Position numbers and translations under genes: made by a program
From: Gemmatimonadales bacterium
Lineage (GTDB): Bacteria; Gemmatimonadota; Gemmatimonadetes; Palauibacterales; Palauibacteraceae
Direction: 5' to 3'
NCBI GenBank assembly: GCA_030600085.1
Contig: JAUVMT010000002.1
Coordinates: forward strand, 1 to 36,085
DNA: 36,085 nt
Shown: piece after piece, positions 26,523 through 36,030 of the stretch
Numbering within the stretch: position 1 is the first letter of the stretch
How the letters are laid out: each line of letters starts with the position of its first letter
The notes under the pieces: generated by a model
What the model saw: only the letters and a program-made list of their open reading frames with translations
Told to the model about the DNA's origin: nothing
Databases searched by the model: none

Positions 26523-28300
26523 GCGCCGCGGGCGTCCAAAAGGCGAGCCTGGGTACGGCGTCGGCCCCGCCAGTGGTCCTCAACGAGCTCGAAGGCGAGC
26601 TCCCAGCTGCCTTCCCGCAGTTCGGCGGCTCGGTCGCCCATCCCGAAGCCGATTGCCTGAAGCCTCCCGCCCTCCTCGCTGAGGACGGAAGCCCTGAGGT
26701 GGGATCCGTCTGCGCCCACTCGGACGAGATCCTCGAAGCGCACGTCCCTCGCGAGAAGGACGGGTCGCGGATTCCCGAAACCGAAGGGCTCCAGGTGACG
26801 CAGCCAGATGCGGATCGAATCTTGGGCCTCGGTGAGCGTAACCTGCAGGTCGATCTCCAGCTCCTGCGGCTCACCCGCCACGGGCCTCTCCTCCGCCGGG
26901 GCCGCGCCGGCCGGATCATCGCCCGGGGCCGCGCCGGCCGACAGGGCGGACACTTCGCTCAGGAACCGCCGCCTGAACTCCTCGAGGGCCTCCCGCCGGA
27001 CATCCAGCCCCGCCGCTTCGCGGTGCCCTCCGTAACGCTCGAGCAGAGCCGAACACTCATCGAGGACGCCGATCAGATTGGCACCCCCTGCGGAGCGGGC
27101 CGAGCCCCTTCCGAGATCTCCGTCGAAGCTGATGATGATCGTGGGTCGGCAGAAGCGCTCGGCGATCCGCGAGGCGACGATGCCGAGCACCCCGGGGTGC
27201 CAATCATCGCTCCACAGCACGAACGCCGAATCGCCCTCCGGGTCGAAGCTCTCCCTCAGCTGCGCCTCTGCTTCTTCGGTCACTCGCCTGTCGGTGGCGC
27301 GCCGCCGCCGATTGTGGTCCTCCAGCTTCTGCGCCATCGTCTCGGCCTCCGCCGCATCCTCGGTGAGCAGCAAGCGGAGGCCCTCTTCGGCTGCTCCCAC
27401 GCGCCCCGCCGCGTTCAGGCGCGGAGCGAGCTGGAAAGCCACGTCCTCCGCGGGGACCCGGTCGTCGAGGGGCGTGACCCGCGCCGCCGCCATCAGAGCC
27501 CAGAGACCCCGGTTCCTGGTGCGGGCCAGCACCCGCAGCCCAGCCCTCACCAGGGTCCGATTCTCCCCGACCAGGGGACCCCTGTCGGCGATCGTCCCGA
27601 TCGCTACGAGGTCAAGGTGACGATTCAGCGAACCTGCAGGCCGGCCCGCCCTGCGGTGGAGCGCCGTAAGTAGCTTGAAGGCCACGCCGACTCCGGTGAG
27701 GCCGTCGAACGGGTACTCGCTGTCGGCACGGTGCGGGTTCACGATGGCGCGAGCCGCCGGGAGTCGGAGACCCGGTCTGTGGTGGTCGGTCACGATAACG
27801 TCAAGCCCGGCTTCGTTCGCCGCGTCGATTGCCTCCACAGCCGTCATCCCGCAGTCGGCCGTGAGGATGAGTCGCGCACCTATCTCCTCCGCCCTGGCCA
27901 GGCCGGCCGGTCCCAGATCGTACCCGTCCCGCAACCGGTGCGGGACGAAGGCGTCCACCCGTCCGCCGAGCTCTCGCAGGCCGCGGGCCAGTAAGGCCGC
28001 CGCGGTCATGCCATCCACGTCGTAGTCGCCATGTACGAGGATCGTCTCCTCCGCATCGATCGCCTCCTGGACGCGGTCGACCGCGGTCGTCAGGTCCGGA
28101 AGCGATTCCGGAGCCGAGAGCGTCTCGAGGCGGGGGCGAAGGTAGTCGCGGGCCGCGTCCGGATCGCGGCAGCCGCGGCGAACCAGGAGCTGGCAGAGGA
28201 GTGAGGGAAGCTGGAGGGATTCTCGGAGCGCCTCTACGGCGGCGGCGGAGACCGGTCTCGGCTCGATCCAGCGACGGCGAGGTCGAACGGCCTCTGTCAC
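26519..28300 (-). CDS. recJ: single-stranded-DNA-specific exonuclease RecJ
   Basis: The DHH motifs are HGDYDVDGMTAAA, LILTADCG and VIVTDHH, followed by a DHHA1 region. GTG 28300 lies 7 nt after the upstream stop. The 67 codons upstream of it overlap the neighbouring gene. Confidence 0.92.
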   Translation of the reverse strand: MTEAVRPRRRWIEPRPVSAAAVEALRESLQLPSLLCQLLVRRGCRDPDAARDYLRPRLETLSAPESLPDLTTAVDRVQEAIDAEETILVHGDYDVDGMTAAALLARGLRELGGRVDAFVPHRLRDGYDLGPAGLARAEEIGARLILTADCGMTAVEAIDAANEAGLDVIVTDHHRPGLRLPAARAIVNPHRADSEYPFDGLTGVGVAFKLLTALHRRAGRPAGSLNRHLDLVAIGTIADRGPLVGENRTLVRAGLRVLARTRNRGLWALMAAARVTPLDDRVPAEDVAFQLAPRLNAAGRVGAAEEGLRLLLTEDAAEAETMAQKLEDHNRRRRATDRRVTEEAEAQLRESFDPEGDSAFVLWSDDWHPGVLGIVASRIAERFCRPTIIISFDGDLGRGSARSAGGANLIGVLDECSALLERYGGHREAAGLDVRREALEEFRRRFLSEVSALSAGAAPGDDPAGAAPAEERPVAGEPQELEIDLQVTLTEAQDSIRIWLRHLEPFGFGNPRPVLLARDVRFEDLVRVGADGSHLRASVLSEEGGRLQAIGFGMGDRAAELREGSWELAFELVEDHWRGRRRTQARLLDARGA

Positions 28301-28307
28301 CCGCAGC

Positions 28308-29030
28308 TCACTCGACAGGATAGAGGATGATCCCGCAGCCCTCGCAGAGGTGGAGCCGGCTTCGTGAGCGAATCTCGGCCTGACGCTGCTTCGGAATGAA
28401 GGTGTAGCAGTGACCGCAGACGCCATCGGGGGTGAGGGCGGCCAACACATGGCGGGTCTTGCCGCCCCGAACCGATTCGTAGAGGCGAAGCGCCTGCCCA
28501 TCGAGCCTCAGCTCACGGTTCGCGCGGCGATCCCGCTCTACCAGGATCTCCGACTCCAGCTCCGCTCGGCGCGCGTTCGTCTCGCTCTTCAGCCTCTCGT
28601 AGGCAGCCCGCTCCTCCGTGAACTGGCCCTTCAGAACGGAGAGCTTCGCCTTCGCCTCCTCGACCTCTTGCATCTCCTGCAACTGCTCGTCCTCGGCAGC
28701 CTCCAGATTCCGTCGGGCCGCGTCGGTCTCGGCTCGCACGGCCGTATGCTGCTTCAGGTTTTGCACTTCCTGCCCTCGTTGCTGAAGTCGCTTCAGGGTC
28801 TCGCGTCCCGCCTTCGCGGCGCGCTCCGACTTGCGGAGGCGGCTCTCGGCCTTTTCCGAACTTTTGGCGACGGCCTCGGCCCGCACTTCCAATTCGGCCA
28901 TCCGACGCTCCGACTCGAAGAGCTCGGGCGAAAGAGCCTCGAGCTGCGCCGCGAATCCGGCTATGTTACGGTCGATTTCCTCGAGGCTCCGAAGCGCCTC
29001 GAAAGTGCCTAGGGCCGATGTATCATCCAT
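28308..29030 (-). CDS. coiled-coil protein with C-terminal C4 zinc ribbon (COG1579, HP0958/CT398-like)
   Basis: About 190 aa of heptad-rich coiled coil is followed by CGHCYTFIP...x...CEGCGIILY. The ATG lies 8 nt inside the dnaG 3' end. Confidence 0.8.
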   Translation of the reverse strand: MDDTSALGTFEALRSLEEIDRNIAGFAAQLEALSPELFESERRMAELEVRAEAVAKSSEKAESRLRKSERAAKAGRETLKRLQQRGQEVQNLKQHTAVRAETDAARRNLEAAEDEQLQEMQEVEEAKAKLSVLKGQFTEERAAYERLKSETNARRAELESEILVERDRRANRELRLDGQALRLYESVRGGKTRHVLAALTPDGVCGHCYTFIPKQRQAEIRSRSRLHLCEGCGIILYPVE

Positions 29031-30894
29031 TTCCTTTCCACTCTTCCAAGTCGGACGGCTCGGGACGTTCCAGCCAGTCCAGGACGAGGGCCAACCTCGC
29101 CTTCTCGGATTCCGGCAGTCCGGCCCGTATCTCCAGCTGCTCCCGTAGAAGCTCTCTCTTCTGGGCCTCGTCGGCCATCTTCATCTCCCGTCGGATCTCC
29201 CTCAGGCGACGCTCGGCCGGCCGGCAGATGAGCCGCTCCACGGACGCCTCGTAGATCTCCTCCGGGTGCGTGAGCTCGGTGGCGTCACCGAGCAGCCCTT
29301 CGACGAGCCCCCGGAGATCGCTCGGAACGGCTTCGATGAGCCCCGCGGCGTCCGCGCCCTCGCCCTTCCGGTACCTGTCGCTCAGGGCACCGAACAGCGC
29401 GCGATACGCCGGGTGCTGAAAGTGCTCGGTTCTTACGCCATCATCCAGGGCACGGCAAATCCAGGCACGCTCCGTCGCACCCTCGGTCAACAAGGCATCT
29501 CTCACCAGAAGCAGGAGAAGGCTGTTCTCAGCCCCCGCCTCGCGGTCGCCGCGGGCTTTCCCGGAGCCTTGTCGGGGCCGCTGCAGCGAACGTGAGCGCA
29601 GGGCGACGCGCTTCGGCTCCCTGGCCACTTCGTGCACGATCGTCTCACGGCGCACCCCGGTCATCTCGGCGGCCCGGCCGATATAGATGTCACGAAGCGC
29701 AGGATCGTGCACGGCCCGCAACGTGCTCAGCAGATGATCCAGCGCCGTGCGCCGTCCCTCGGCAGAGTCGAAGTAGCCGCGCTCGCCGAGCATCCGAAGC
29801 TTGAGCTCCAGCGCATCCATCGCGTCGTCCAGCAAGACAGAGAACCGCTCCCTGCCCAGCCGACGAACGAGCGAGTCGGGGTCCTCCCCCGAAGGAAGCG
29901 TGACGATGAGGGGGTGGACGCCGGCCTCGAGCAGTGTGTCCGCCGCGCGAAAGCTCGCCTTGCGACCTGGTGTGTCGGAATCATAGGCCAGGTATGCCTG
30001 CGGCGCGTACCGGCCGATCAGTGCCGCCTGTGGCCTGGCGAGCGCGGTCCCGAGCGGCGCCACGACGTTCTCGAAGCCGTGGCGGTTCACCGTCACGGCA
30101 TCCATGAAGCCCTCGACGACGACGGCGGCCTTCGAGCGGCGCATGGCGTGGCGTGCCGCGTTCAACAGATACAGCGAGCGACCCTTCTCGAATATCGGCG
30201 AATCGGGCGAGTTGATATACTTGGGTGCCTCCCGGTCCTCGGGTCCGAGCATCCGTCCCCCGAAGCCCATTGGGCGGTCCTGCAGATCCCGGATGGAGAA
30301 GATGAGGCGGTTTCTGAAGCGATCGTAGGGATCGGCGGCGCGCTCGCTCGTGGCCAGCAGTCCCACCTCGAGAAGCGCCGTTTCGTCGACGCCCCGCTCG
30401 CGCGCCGCGTCCCTGAGCCCTCGCCAACCCTCCGGGGCGAATCCGACCGCGAAGCGATCCGCTGTCTCGTCATCGATGCCGCGGCCCGCCAGGTAGTCTC
30501 GTGCGGCCCGGCCTTCTTCGCTCCGCCGGCGAGCCAGAAACCACTCCTCCGCGAAAGCGGTGACCTCGCGAAGACCGGCATACGGATCGGGCCCGCGGTC
30601 CCTCTCATCCGGAACCACCACACCCACGCGCTCGGCCACGTGCCGGACGGCCTCCGGGAAATCGAGGCCGAGGCGCTGCATGACGAAGGAGAAAACGTCC
30701 CCACCCTCCCCGCAGACGAAGCACTTGTAGATCCCTCGATCCGCGTCGATCGAGAAGTTCGGGCCCTCCCCGCCGTGAAGCGGACAGGGGCCGCGGTAGC
30801 TCTTACCGACGCGCTTGAGCGAGACGTGCTCGCCGCAGATCTCGACGAGGTCGGCGCGGGCCCGAACCTCTTCGACGAGGGCGTCGCTTACCAC
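29023..30894 (-). CDS. dnaG: DNA primase
   Basis: The zinc finger is CPLHGGEGPNFSIDADRGIYKCFVCGEGGD and the TOPRIM block is AVVVEGFMDAV. The start is GTG at 30894. Confidence 0.95.
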   Translation of the reverse strand: MVSDALVEEVRARADLVEICGEHVSLKRVGKSYRGPCPLHGGEGPNFSIDADRGIYKCFVCGEGGDVFSFVMQRLGLDFPEAVRHVAERVGVVVPDERDRGPDPYAGLREVTAFAEEWFLARRRSEEGRAARDYLAGRGIDDETADRFAVGFAPEGWRGLRDAARERGVDETALLEVGLLATSERAADPYDRFRNRLIFSIRDLQDRPMGFGGRMLGPEDREAPKYINSPDSPIFEKGRSLYLLNAARHAMRRSKAAVVVEGFMDAVTVNRHGFENVVAPLGTALARPQAALIGRYAPQAYLAYDSDTPGRKASFRAADTLLEAGVHPLIVTLPSGEDPDSLVRRLGRERFSVLLDDAMDALELKLRMLGERGYFDSAEGRRTALDHLLSTLRAVHDPALRDIYIGRAAEMTGVRRETIVHEVAREPKRVALRSRSLQRPRQGSGKARGDREAGAENSLLLLLVRDALLTEGATERAWICRALDDGVRTEHFQHPAYRALFGALSDRYRKGEGADAAGLIEAVPSDLRGLVEGLLGDATELTHPEEIYEASVERLICRPAERRLREIRREMKMADEAQKRELLREQLEIRAGLPESEKARLALVLDWLERPEPSDLEEWKGNG

Positions 30895-30916
30895 GAATGC
30901 ACTTCCTGCGGGCTCT

Positions 30917-33388
30917 TCAACCGGGCTCCGACAAGTCCACGACGGTCACGCCGCTTCCACCCTCCTGATGCGTGCCGAGGCGAAAGCTCGGGATTCGCCG
31001 ATCGCCGGCCAACAGCTCCTGCACGCGTCGGCGGAGCGCTCCCGTTCCCTTTCCATGTATGATGCGCAGCGACGGAAGATCCGCCTGGATCGCCGCGTCG
31101 AGCGCGGGCAGCAGGACGGCATCGATCTCCTCGACGCGAAGTCCTCGGAGCTTCACCTCGTGGCTCGCTTCCAACACCGGCGCCGGGAGCGTCCCTCGGC
31201 GCGCCGGCTTCTCCTCGCCCCCCTCCTGCAACCGGAGGACGTGAGGGGCCACGGTGATGCGCACGCCTCCCAGCTCCACGATGGCGCGGTCGTCACTCAG
31301 CTCCAGGAGCCGGCCCACCCCGCCGAGCGAAGCGACCCGAACGGCATCTCCGACCTGTAGAGAGACCGGCGAGGCGACCTCGGAGGGCTCGGGGGCACCG
31401 ACTCTCAAATCCTCGATCGCGCGCTCGACGGCCCGGCGCGCCTCGGTCGCGGCCGCCGCGGACGCTTCGCTCACGCGGCTCCGCTGCTCGGGGGGAGCGG
31501 AGCGGAGGCCCTCCATCACTTCGGCTATTCGTGCCGTCAGTCCGGCGATGGCGTCCTCGACCTCTTTCCTCGCGTCGAGCAGGTAACGCTCGGCGTTCTG
31601 GCGCGCCCCCCGCTCGAGCGCCCGTTCACGACGCTCCAGCTCCGCCTGGAGGCGCTCCGCTTCCGCCACGCGCTCCGCCTGGCGGTCTTGCTGCCTCTCC
31701 AGCTCACCTCTCCCACGCTCCAACGTCGTCCTGAGGGCCTCGACCTCCTCCTCGCGCTCCTCCAGCTCCGAGAGGACAACCTCCAGGGCGCGGGATTCGT
31801 CGGTCAGTCGGCCTCTGGCCTCCACCAGAACATCCTCCGGTATGCCGAGCCGCTCAGATATCTCCAGAGCATAGCTGCGGCCTGGCCGATCGCGTAAGAG
31901 CCGGTAGGTCGGCCTCAGCGTGCTCGGGTCGAACTGGAGAGAGGCGTTCACGATCCTCGGATCGTCTCCGGCCAACGTCTTCAGATCGCCAAGATGGGTG
32001 CTTACCGCCGTGAGCGCCGCCTGTCCAGCCAGGCGCAGGAGCATCGCGGCCGCCAGGGCCGCGCCCTCCTCGGGATCCGTGTTGCTGCCGATCTCGTCGA
32101 CGAGGACGAGCGACTGGCCGTCGCTCCTTTCCAGAATCTCCCGAAGGATGCCGATCTGCGCACTGAACGTCGACAACGAGGCTTCGATCGACTGCTCGTC
32201 ACCGATGATCGCGAAGAACCTCCGAAAGACGGGCAGGCGCGTCCCCTCGCCCACCGGCGGCACGATGCCGCTCTGAGTCATCGCCGATATCAGCCCGAGG
32301 GCCTTCAGGAGGACGGTCTTGCCGCCGGCGTTCGGCCCGCTCACGAGCAGCACGGTCTCGGACGGCTCGAGCTCGAGGTCGAAGGAGACGGCCCCTTCCT
32401 CGACCGCAAGAAGGATCGGGTGGTAGCCCTGCCGAACGCGGTACGGACCCCGTTCAACCTCCCCGCCGGCACGCGGACGCGAGCCGCCGTGCTCCAGCGC
32501 GTAGCGCGCGCGTGCGAAGAGCGAGTCAAGCTCCGACAGCGCCTCCAGGCTCTCTCTCAGCTCGGCGGCGAACGGCCGAAGCTCTTCCGTCATCTCCGCA
32601 AGCACTCTCTTCACCTCACGGCGTTCCGCGAGCTCCAGCTCTCGAATCCGGTTCATCGGCTCGATCACCGACGTGGGCTCGATGAACAGGGTTTGTGAGC
32701 TCGCCGACTCGTCGTGGACGATCCCACCAACCCGGGATCGCCCTTCCCTTCGGATCGGCACGCAATACCGTCCATTCCGCACGGTGACCGAGGCGTCGGG
32801 GACGCGAAACCGCTCCGGCAGCTCTGCCGAGAACCGTTCGAGCCGGCTCACGAGCGAGCTCCGCTCGGCTCTCATCTGCCGCCGCAGCCTGCCCAGCGCC
32901 GGAGAGGCGCCGTCGGCGACATCGCCGGATGGGTCGATCGAGCGCTCCAGCCGCTCCTCCTCCGTCTTCCGTTCCAGGAGGCGCCCACCCAGAGCTGCCA
33001 ACCGGCGGAAGTCATCCGATCGGCGGACGAGGTCGTGGCGGGCCCGCCGAGACGACGAGAGCAATACTCCCACATCTCTCAACGCCGCCTCGTCGAGCAC
33101 GGAGCCGTCGACATCGAGGCGCCTGAGCGCTCCACGGGCATCCGGGATGGGGGGAGGCGCCCACTCGGAGGTGCGGAGGAGAAAAGTGACCATGTCATCG
33201 GCCGCGGCCAGCGCTTCCTCCACATCCTCCCGATGGGAGAGCGGCCGGAGCGCCCTGACTCGCTCGGCGCCCAGCGAGCTACCCGCGTGGCCGGCCACGA
33301 GCTCCAGAGCACGCGGAAACTCGAGGAGCCGAAGGGCGTGGTCACGAGCGCTCTCGGCCGCAGCCGAGACGGCCGGGCCCTCGTTCAT
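30917..33388 (-). CDS. mutS2: endonuclease MutS2 (MutS ATPase plus C-terminal Smr domain)
   Basis: The Walker A is VSGPNAGGKTVLLKALG. The C-terminal Smr segment is LRGLRVEEIDAVLLPALDAAIQADLPSLRIIHGKGTGALRRRVQELL. ATG 33388 lies 1 nt after the HIT stop. Confidence 0.93.
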   Translation of the reverse strand: MNEGPAVSAAAESARDHALRLLEFPRALELVAGHAGSSLGAERVRALRPLSHREDVEEALAAADDMVTFLLRTSEWAPPPIPDARGALRRLDVDGSVLDEAALRDVGVLLSSSRRARHDLVRRSDDFRRLAALGGRLLERKTEEERLERSIDPSGDVADGASPALGRLRRQMRAERSSLVSRLERFSAELPERFRVPDASVTVRNGRYCVPIRREGRSRVGGIVHDESASSQTLFIEPTSVIEPMNRIRELELAERREVKRVLAEMTEELRPFAAELRESLEALSELDSLFARARYALEHGGSRPRAGGEVERGPYRVRQGYHPILLAVEEGAVSFDLELEPSETVLLVSGPNAGGKTVLLKALGLISAMTQSGIVPPVGEGTRLPVFRRFFAIIGDEQSIEASLSTFSAQIGILREILERSDGQSLVLVDEIGSNTDPEEGAALAAAMLLRLAGQAALTAVSTHLGDLKTLAGDDPRIVNASLQFDPSTLRPTYRLLRDRPGRSYALEISERLGIPEDVLVEARGRLTDESRALEVVLSELEEREEEVEALRTTLERGRGELERQQDRQAERVAEAERLQAELERRERALERGARQNAERYLLDARKEVEDAIAGLTARIAEVMEGLRSAPPEQRSRVSEASAAAATEARRAVERAIEDLRVGAPEPSEVASPVSLQVGDAVRVASLGGVGRLLELSDDRAIVELGGVRITVAPHVLRLQEGGEEKPARRGTLPAPVLEASHEVKLRGLRVEEIDAVLLPALDAAIQADLPSLRIIHGKGTGALRRRVQELLAGDRRIPSFRLGTHQEGGSGVTVVDLSEPG

Positions 33389-33389
33389 C

Positions 33390-33728
33390 TCAACCGGGCG
33401 GCCAACGTAGCCTGCGCCCTCCGAGCAGATGGAAGTGCAGGTGGGGCACGGTCTGCCCACCATCCGACCCGGTGTTCGCAACGACCCGGTATCCGGCTTC
33501 CAGACCCTCCTGACGCGCCATGGAGGCCGCCGCCCTGAGCAGCTCGCCGGCCAGCTCGGTCCGTGACTCGTCGAGCGCCGAGAGACTCTCTATGTGCTCG
33601 CGCGGCACGACGAGCACGTGCGTCGGCGCCTGGGGGTTGACGTCGCGAAAGGCGATCCATCGGTCCCCCTCGCCGATCACCTCGGCCTCGACCTCTCCTT
33701 TCGCGATCCCACAGAAGATGCAGTTCAT
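33390..33728 (-). CDS. HIT (histidine triad) family protein
   Basis: The protein is 112 aa, starting MNCIFCGIAKGE, with the HxHxHxx triad VPHLHFHLLGG. The ATG overlaps the rsmE TGA (ATGA). The 328-aa track ORF is an artefactual extension. Confidence 0.92.
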   Translation of the reverse strand: MNCIFCGIAKGEVEAEVIGEGDRWIAFRDVNPQAPTHVLVVPREHIESLSALDESRTELAGELLRAAASMARQEGLEAGYRVVANTGSDGGQTVPHLHFHLLGGRRLRWPPG

Positions 33729-34525
33729 GAAGCCACCTCCGCGTCGCTCTCTCGGGAGCGCTCGCGCCGGGCCAACGGCGTGGGCGGCCCCGCGATCAGA
33801 CTGACGGCGGAGGCGGCCGCGATCGCCGCCGTCTCGAACCGCAGAACCCTCTCGCCCAGCGTCGCGAGGCAAAAGCCCGCGGCCCGACATGCGGCCTGCT
33901 CCGCCGGTGCCATCCCTCCCTCGGGCCCGACCAGGAGGCGGATCCAGCCGTTGGCCCCGGGCCGGTTCGCCAGCAGCTCCGGCAGCGAATCTTCCCCGTG
34001 CTGCACCAGAGCGACTCGCAGATCGTCTCGCCTCGAAGCCAGACCCGGCAGGTACTCCTCGAGAGGGCAAGGCGCCCCCATCGTCGGGAGCCGGGAGCCT
34101 CCGCACTGTGTGAGGGCGGCGGCCGCCCTGCGCCTCGCCTTCTCCCAACAGACGGGCGCCCGGGCGGCATCCGATACGGAGTTGGAGCGCCGGAACTCGA
34201 TCGGCTGTAAGCCCAGCACGCCGAGTTCGACGGCCTTTTCGACGAGCCAGAGGGTTCGCTGCTTGGAGCCAATGCCGAACGCCAGCTCCACGTTCAGGTC
34301 GGGGGGCGAAGAGATCGTCTCTAGAAGCACGCACCGGGCCCGATTCCCCGTGAGCGAGTCCAGCCGAGCCGCCCACAACCCACCTTCCCCGTCCGTAAGA
34401 CGGAGCTCCGCGCCGGGCCGGAGCCGCGCGGCGCGGATGTGCCGGACCTCATCGCCGTCAACGGTCACCGGTGTCCCGGGATGCGGCGGAAGGCCGGGCA
34501 CGTAGAGGGTCGTCCAAGCGCTCAT
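33725..34525 (-). CDS. rsmE: 16S rRNA (uracil1498-N3)-methyltransferase
   Basis: The protein starts MSAWTTLYVPG and has a PUA-like N-terminus (DGDEVRHIRAARLRPGAELRLTDGEG). It also contains LLVGPEGGMAPAE and LGERVLRFETAA. Confidence 0.88.
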   Translation of the reverse strand: MSAWTTLYVPGLPPHPGTPVTVDGDEVRHIRAARLRPGAELRLTDGEGGLWAARLDSLTGNRARCVLLETISSPPDLNVELAFGIGSKQRTLWLVEKAVELGVLGLQPIEFRRSNSVSDAARAPVCWEKARRRAAAALTQCGGSRLPTMGAPCPLEEYLPGLASRRDDLRVALVQHGEDSLPELLANRPGANGWIRLLVGPEGGMAPAEQAACRAAGFCLATLGERVLRFETAAIAAASAVSLIAGPPTPLARRERSRESDAEVAS

Positions 34526-34554
34526 GGAGCTTCGTTGCCTCGCATGAGGTGAAG

Positions 34555-35475
34555 CTAGGCCTCGGCCGCTACGAGCGTAAAGGCACCGGCCCACCAACCT
34601 TCGTCGGTGCTCGTGTGCCCGACCTCGAGACCGGCGAGCCTGGCCGCACGTCGAACGGCGGCAGCTTCCTCTTCCAGGAGCCCGGCCACGATCAGCTCGC
34701 CGCCCTCCTTCATCAGTGACGCGAGCGCCGGCAGCAGGGGCTCAACGAAGCTTCGCTCGACGTTCACGATGATCACGTCGAACGCGACCCCGCGCAGAAG
34801 GTCGAGGACGCTCCGAGTGATCTGGAGGTGCACGACCCGCACCCGGATATCGACGCCGTTGCGCCGCAGATTGCTCTCCGCCGTGCGCACGGCTTCCACA
34901 TCGGCCTCGACAGCCAGCACCTCGGCGCCGAGCTTGGCCGCGACGATGGAAAGGATCCCGCTGCCCGCGCCGATGTCCAGGACCTTCTTCCCGGCTCTCG
35001 CCGTGTTGGCGAGGAGGCGGATCGCCGTCCGCGTGCTCCCGTGCTCGCCGGTGCCGAACGCCATCTCCGGATCCAACTCGACAAGAATCTCCGGGGATTC
35101 GACCGTCGCTGCCGTCCAGGATGGTGCGACGACCACTCGATCGCCAACCCTTCGAGGACCCAGCCCCTGCCGCCACGCTCGGAGCCAATCCTCGTCGGGA
35201 GCGATCGAGCAGGCTATCCGGAGGGAGTCGCCGAAGCGCGCCGCGAGCTCCTCGCGCACGCGTCGTTCCGCCGATGCAGGTTGCTCGGCAAGCCAGAGCC
35301 ACGTCGCCCACCCTCCGTCGGGCATCTCCTGGACGCTGCTTCCGCCCAGCTCGAGCAGGGCGTTCGCTACCACATGACCGGGCTCGTGGCCAGATACGGT
35401 GACGATCAACCACTCCCCGGCGCTTGTCGGACGCCGCTGGGCGAGGTCGTCTTTATTCCTTGAATGCTCGGGCAT
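34555..35475 (-). CDS. prmA: ribosomal protein L11 methyltransferase
   Basis: The motif DPEMAFGTGEHGSTR and the SAM site VLDIGAGSGILSIVAAKLGA are present. The prmA-rsmE adjacency matches many bacteria. Confidence 0.88.
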   Translation of the reverse strand: MPEHSRNKDDLAQRRPTSAGEWLIVTVSGHEPGHVVANALLELGGSSVQEMPDGGWATWLWLAEQPASAERRVREELAARFGDSLRIACSIAPDEDWLRAWRQGLGPRRVGDRVVVAPSWTAATVESPEILVELDPEMAFGTGEHGSTRTAIRLLANTARAGKKVLDIGAGSGILSIVAAKLGAEVLAVEADVEAVRTAESNLRRNGVDIRVRVVHLQITRSVLDLLRGVAFDVIIVNVERSFVEPLLPALASLMKEGGELIVAGLLEEEAAAVRRAARLAGLEVGHTSTDEGWWAGAFTLVAAEA

Positions 35476-35535
35476 AGCTTAGGGCGACTCCTGACCCAAC
35501 CATGGTGGCTAACCAGTCAATGACGGACAAGCGAC

Positions 35536-36030
35536 GTGCCTCCACGCTACGAGCGTAGATTACGGTTTGTCTCGGCGGAGTCGAGCCGAACCCCCGGCTC
35601 GCGCTTCGATGTGCGCATCACGCTCGCGCTTCAGGATCCCGGCGAAGACTCCGACGAATCGGAGAGCCGGTACGTGGGCGAGGCGAGCGGCGTAGGCGAC
35701 GTCATTCTGGAGCCGCGACTCGCGGTCGAGGCCACGCTCACTGCGATCGCCGAGGCGACCGGCGACCCCGGGTACTTTCGCCTCCTCGGCATCAAGGTCG
35801 TGCACGCGTTCGACACTCGAGTGGTCCTGGTCTGCCTGCGCACCTCGGACGACCGGTCTGCGCAGGTCGTGGGCGCCGTTCCCCTCAGCGGAGCGATGGC
35901 ACGGACGGCGGCGACGGCGACGCTGGACGCGACGAACCGACTCGTCGACCTAGTGCTCGACCAGGCGGAGGACGAGACGGCCGGCGGGAAGGCCGACGAG
36001 ACGAAGGGCAAGACGGCCGGCGAGAAGTGA
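35536..36030 (+). CDS. hypothetical protein, 164 aa, acidic with a Lys/Glu-rich tail
   Basis: This is the only strongly G/C3-biased frame here, and it starts at GTG. I recognise no family. It is divergent from prmA across a 60-nt spacer. Confidence 0.55.
   Translation: MPPRYERRLRFVSAESSRTPGSRFDVRITLALQDPGEDSDESESRYVGEASGVGDVILEPRLAVEATLTAIAEATGDPGYFRLLGIKVVHAFDTRVVLVCLRTSDDRSAQVVGAVPLSGAMARTAATATLDATNRLVDLVLDQAEDETAGGKADETKGKTAGEK

Noticed and set aside
33729-34376. Long N-terminal extensions of track ORFs: HIT 33390-34376, plsC 9258-10472, recJ 26519-28501, mutS2 30917-33481, the MBL gene 602-1657 and coaD 25453-26091.
   Set aside because: Each extension overlaps the upstream gene in another frame and is compositionally junk. 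In each case an in-frame start codon lies exactly at, or a few nt from, the upstream stop.
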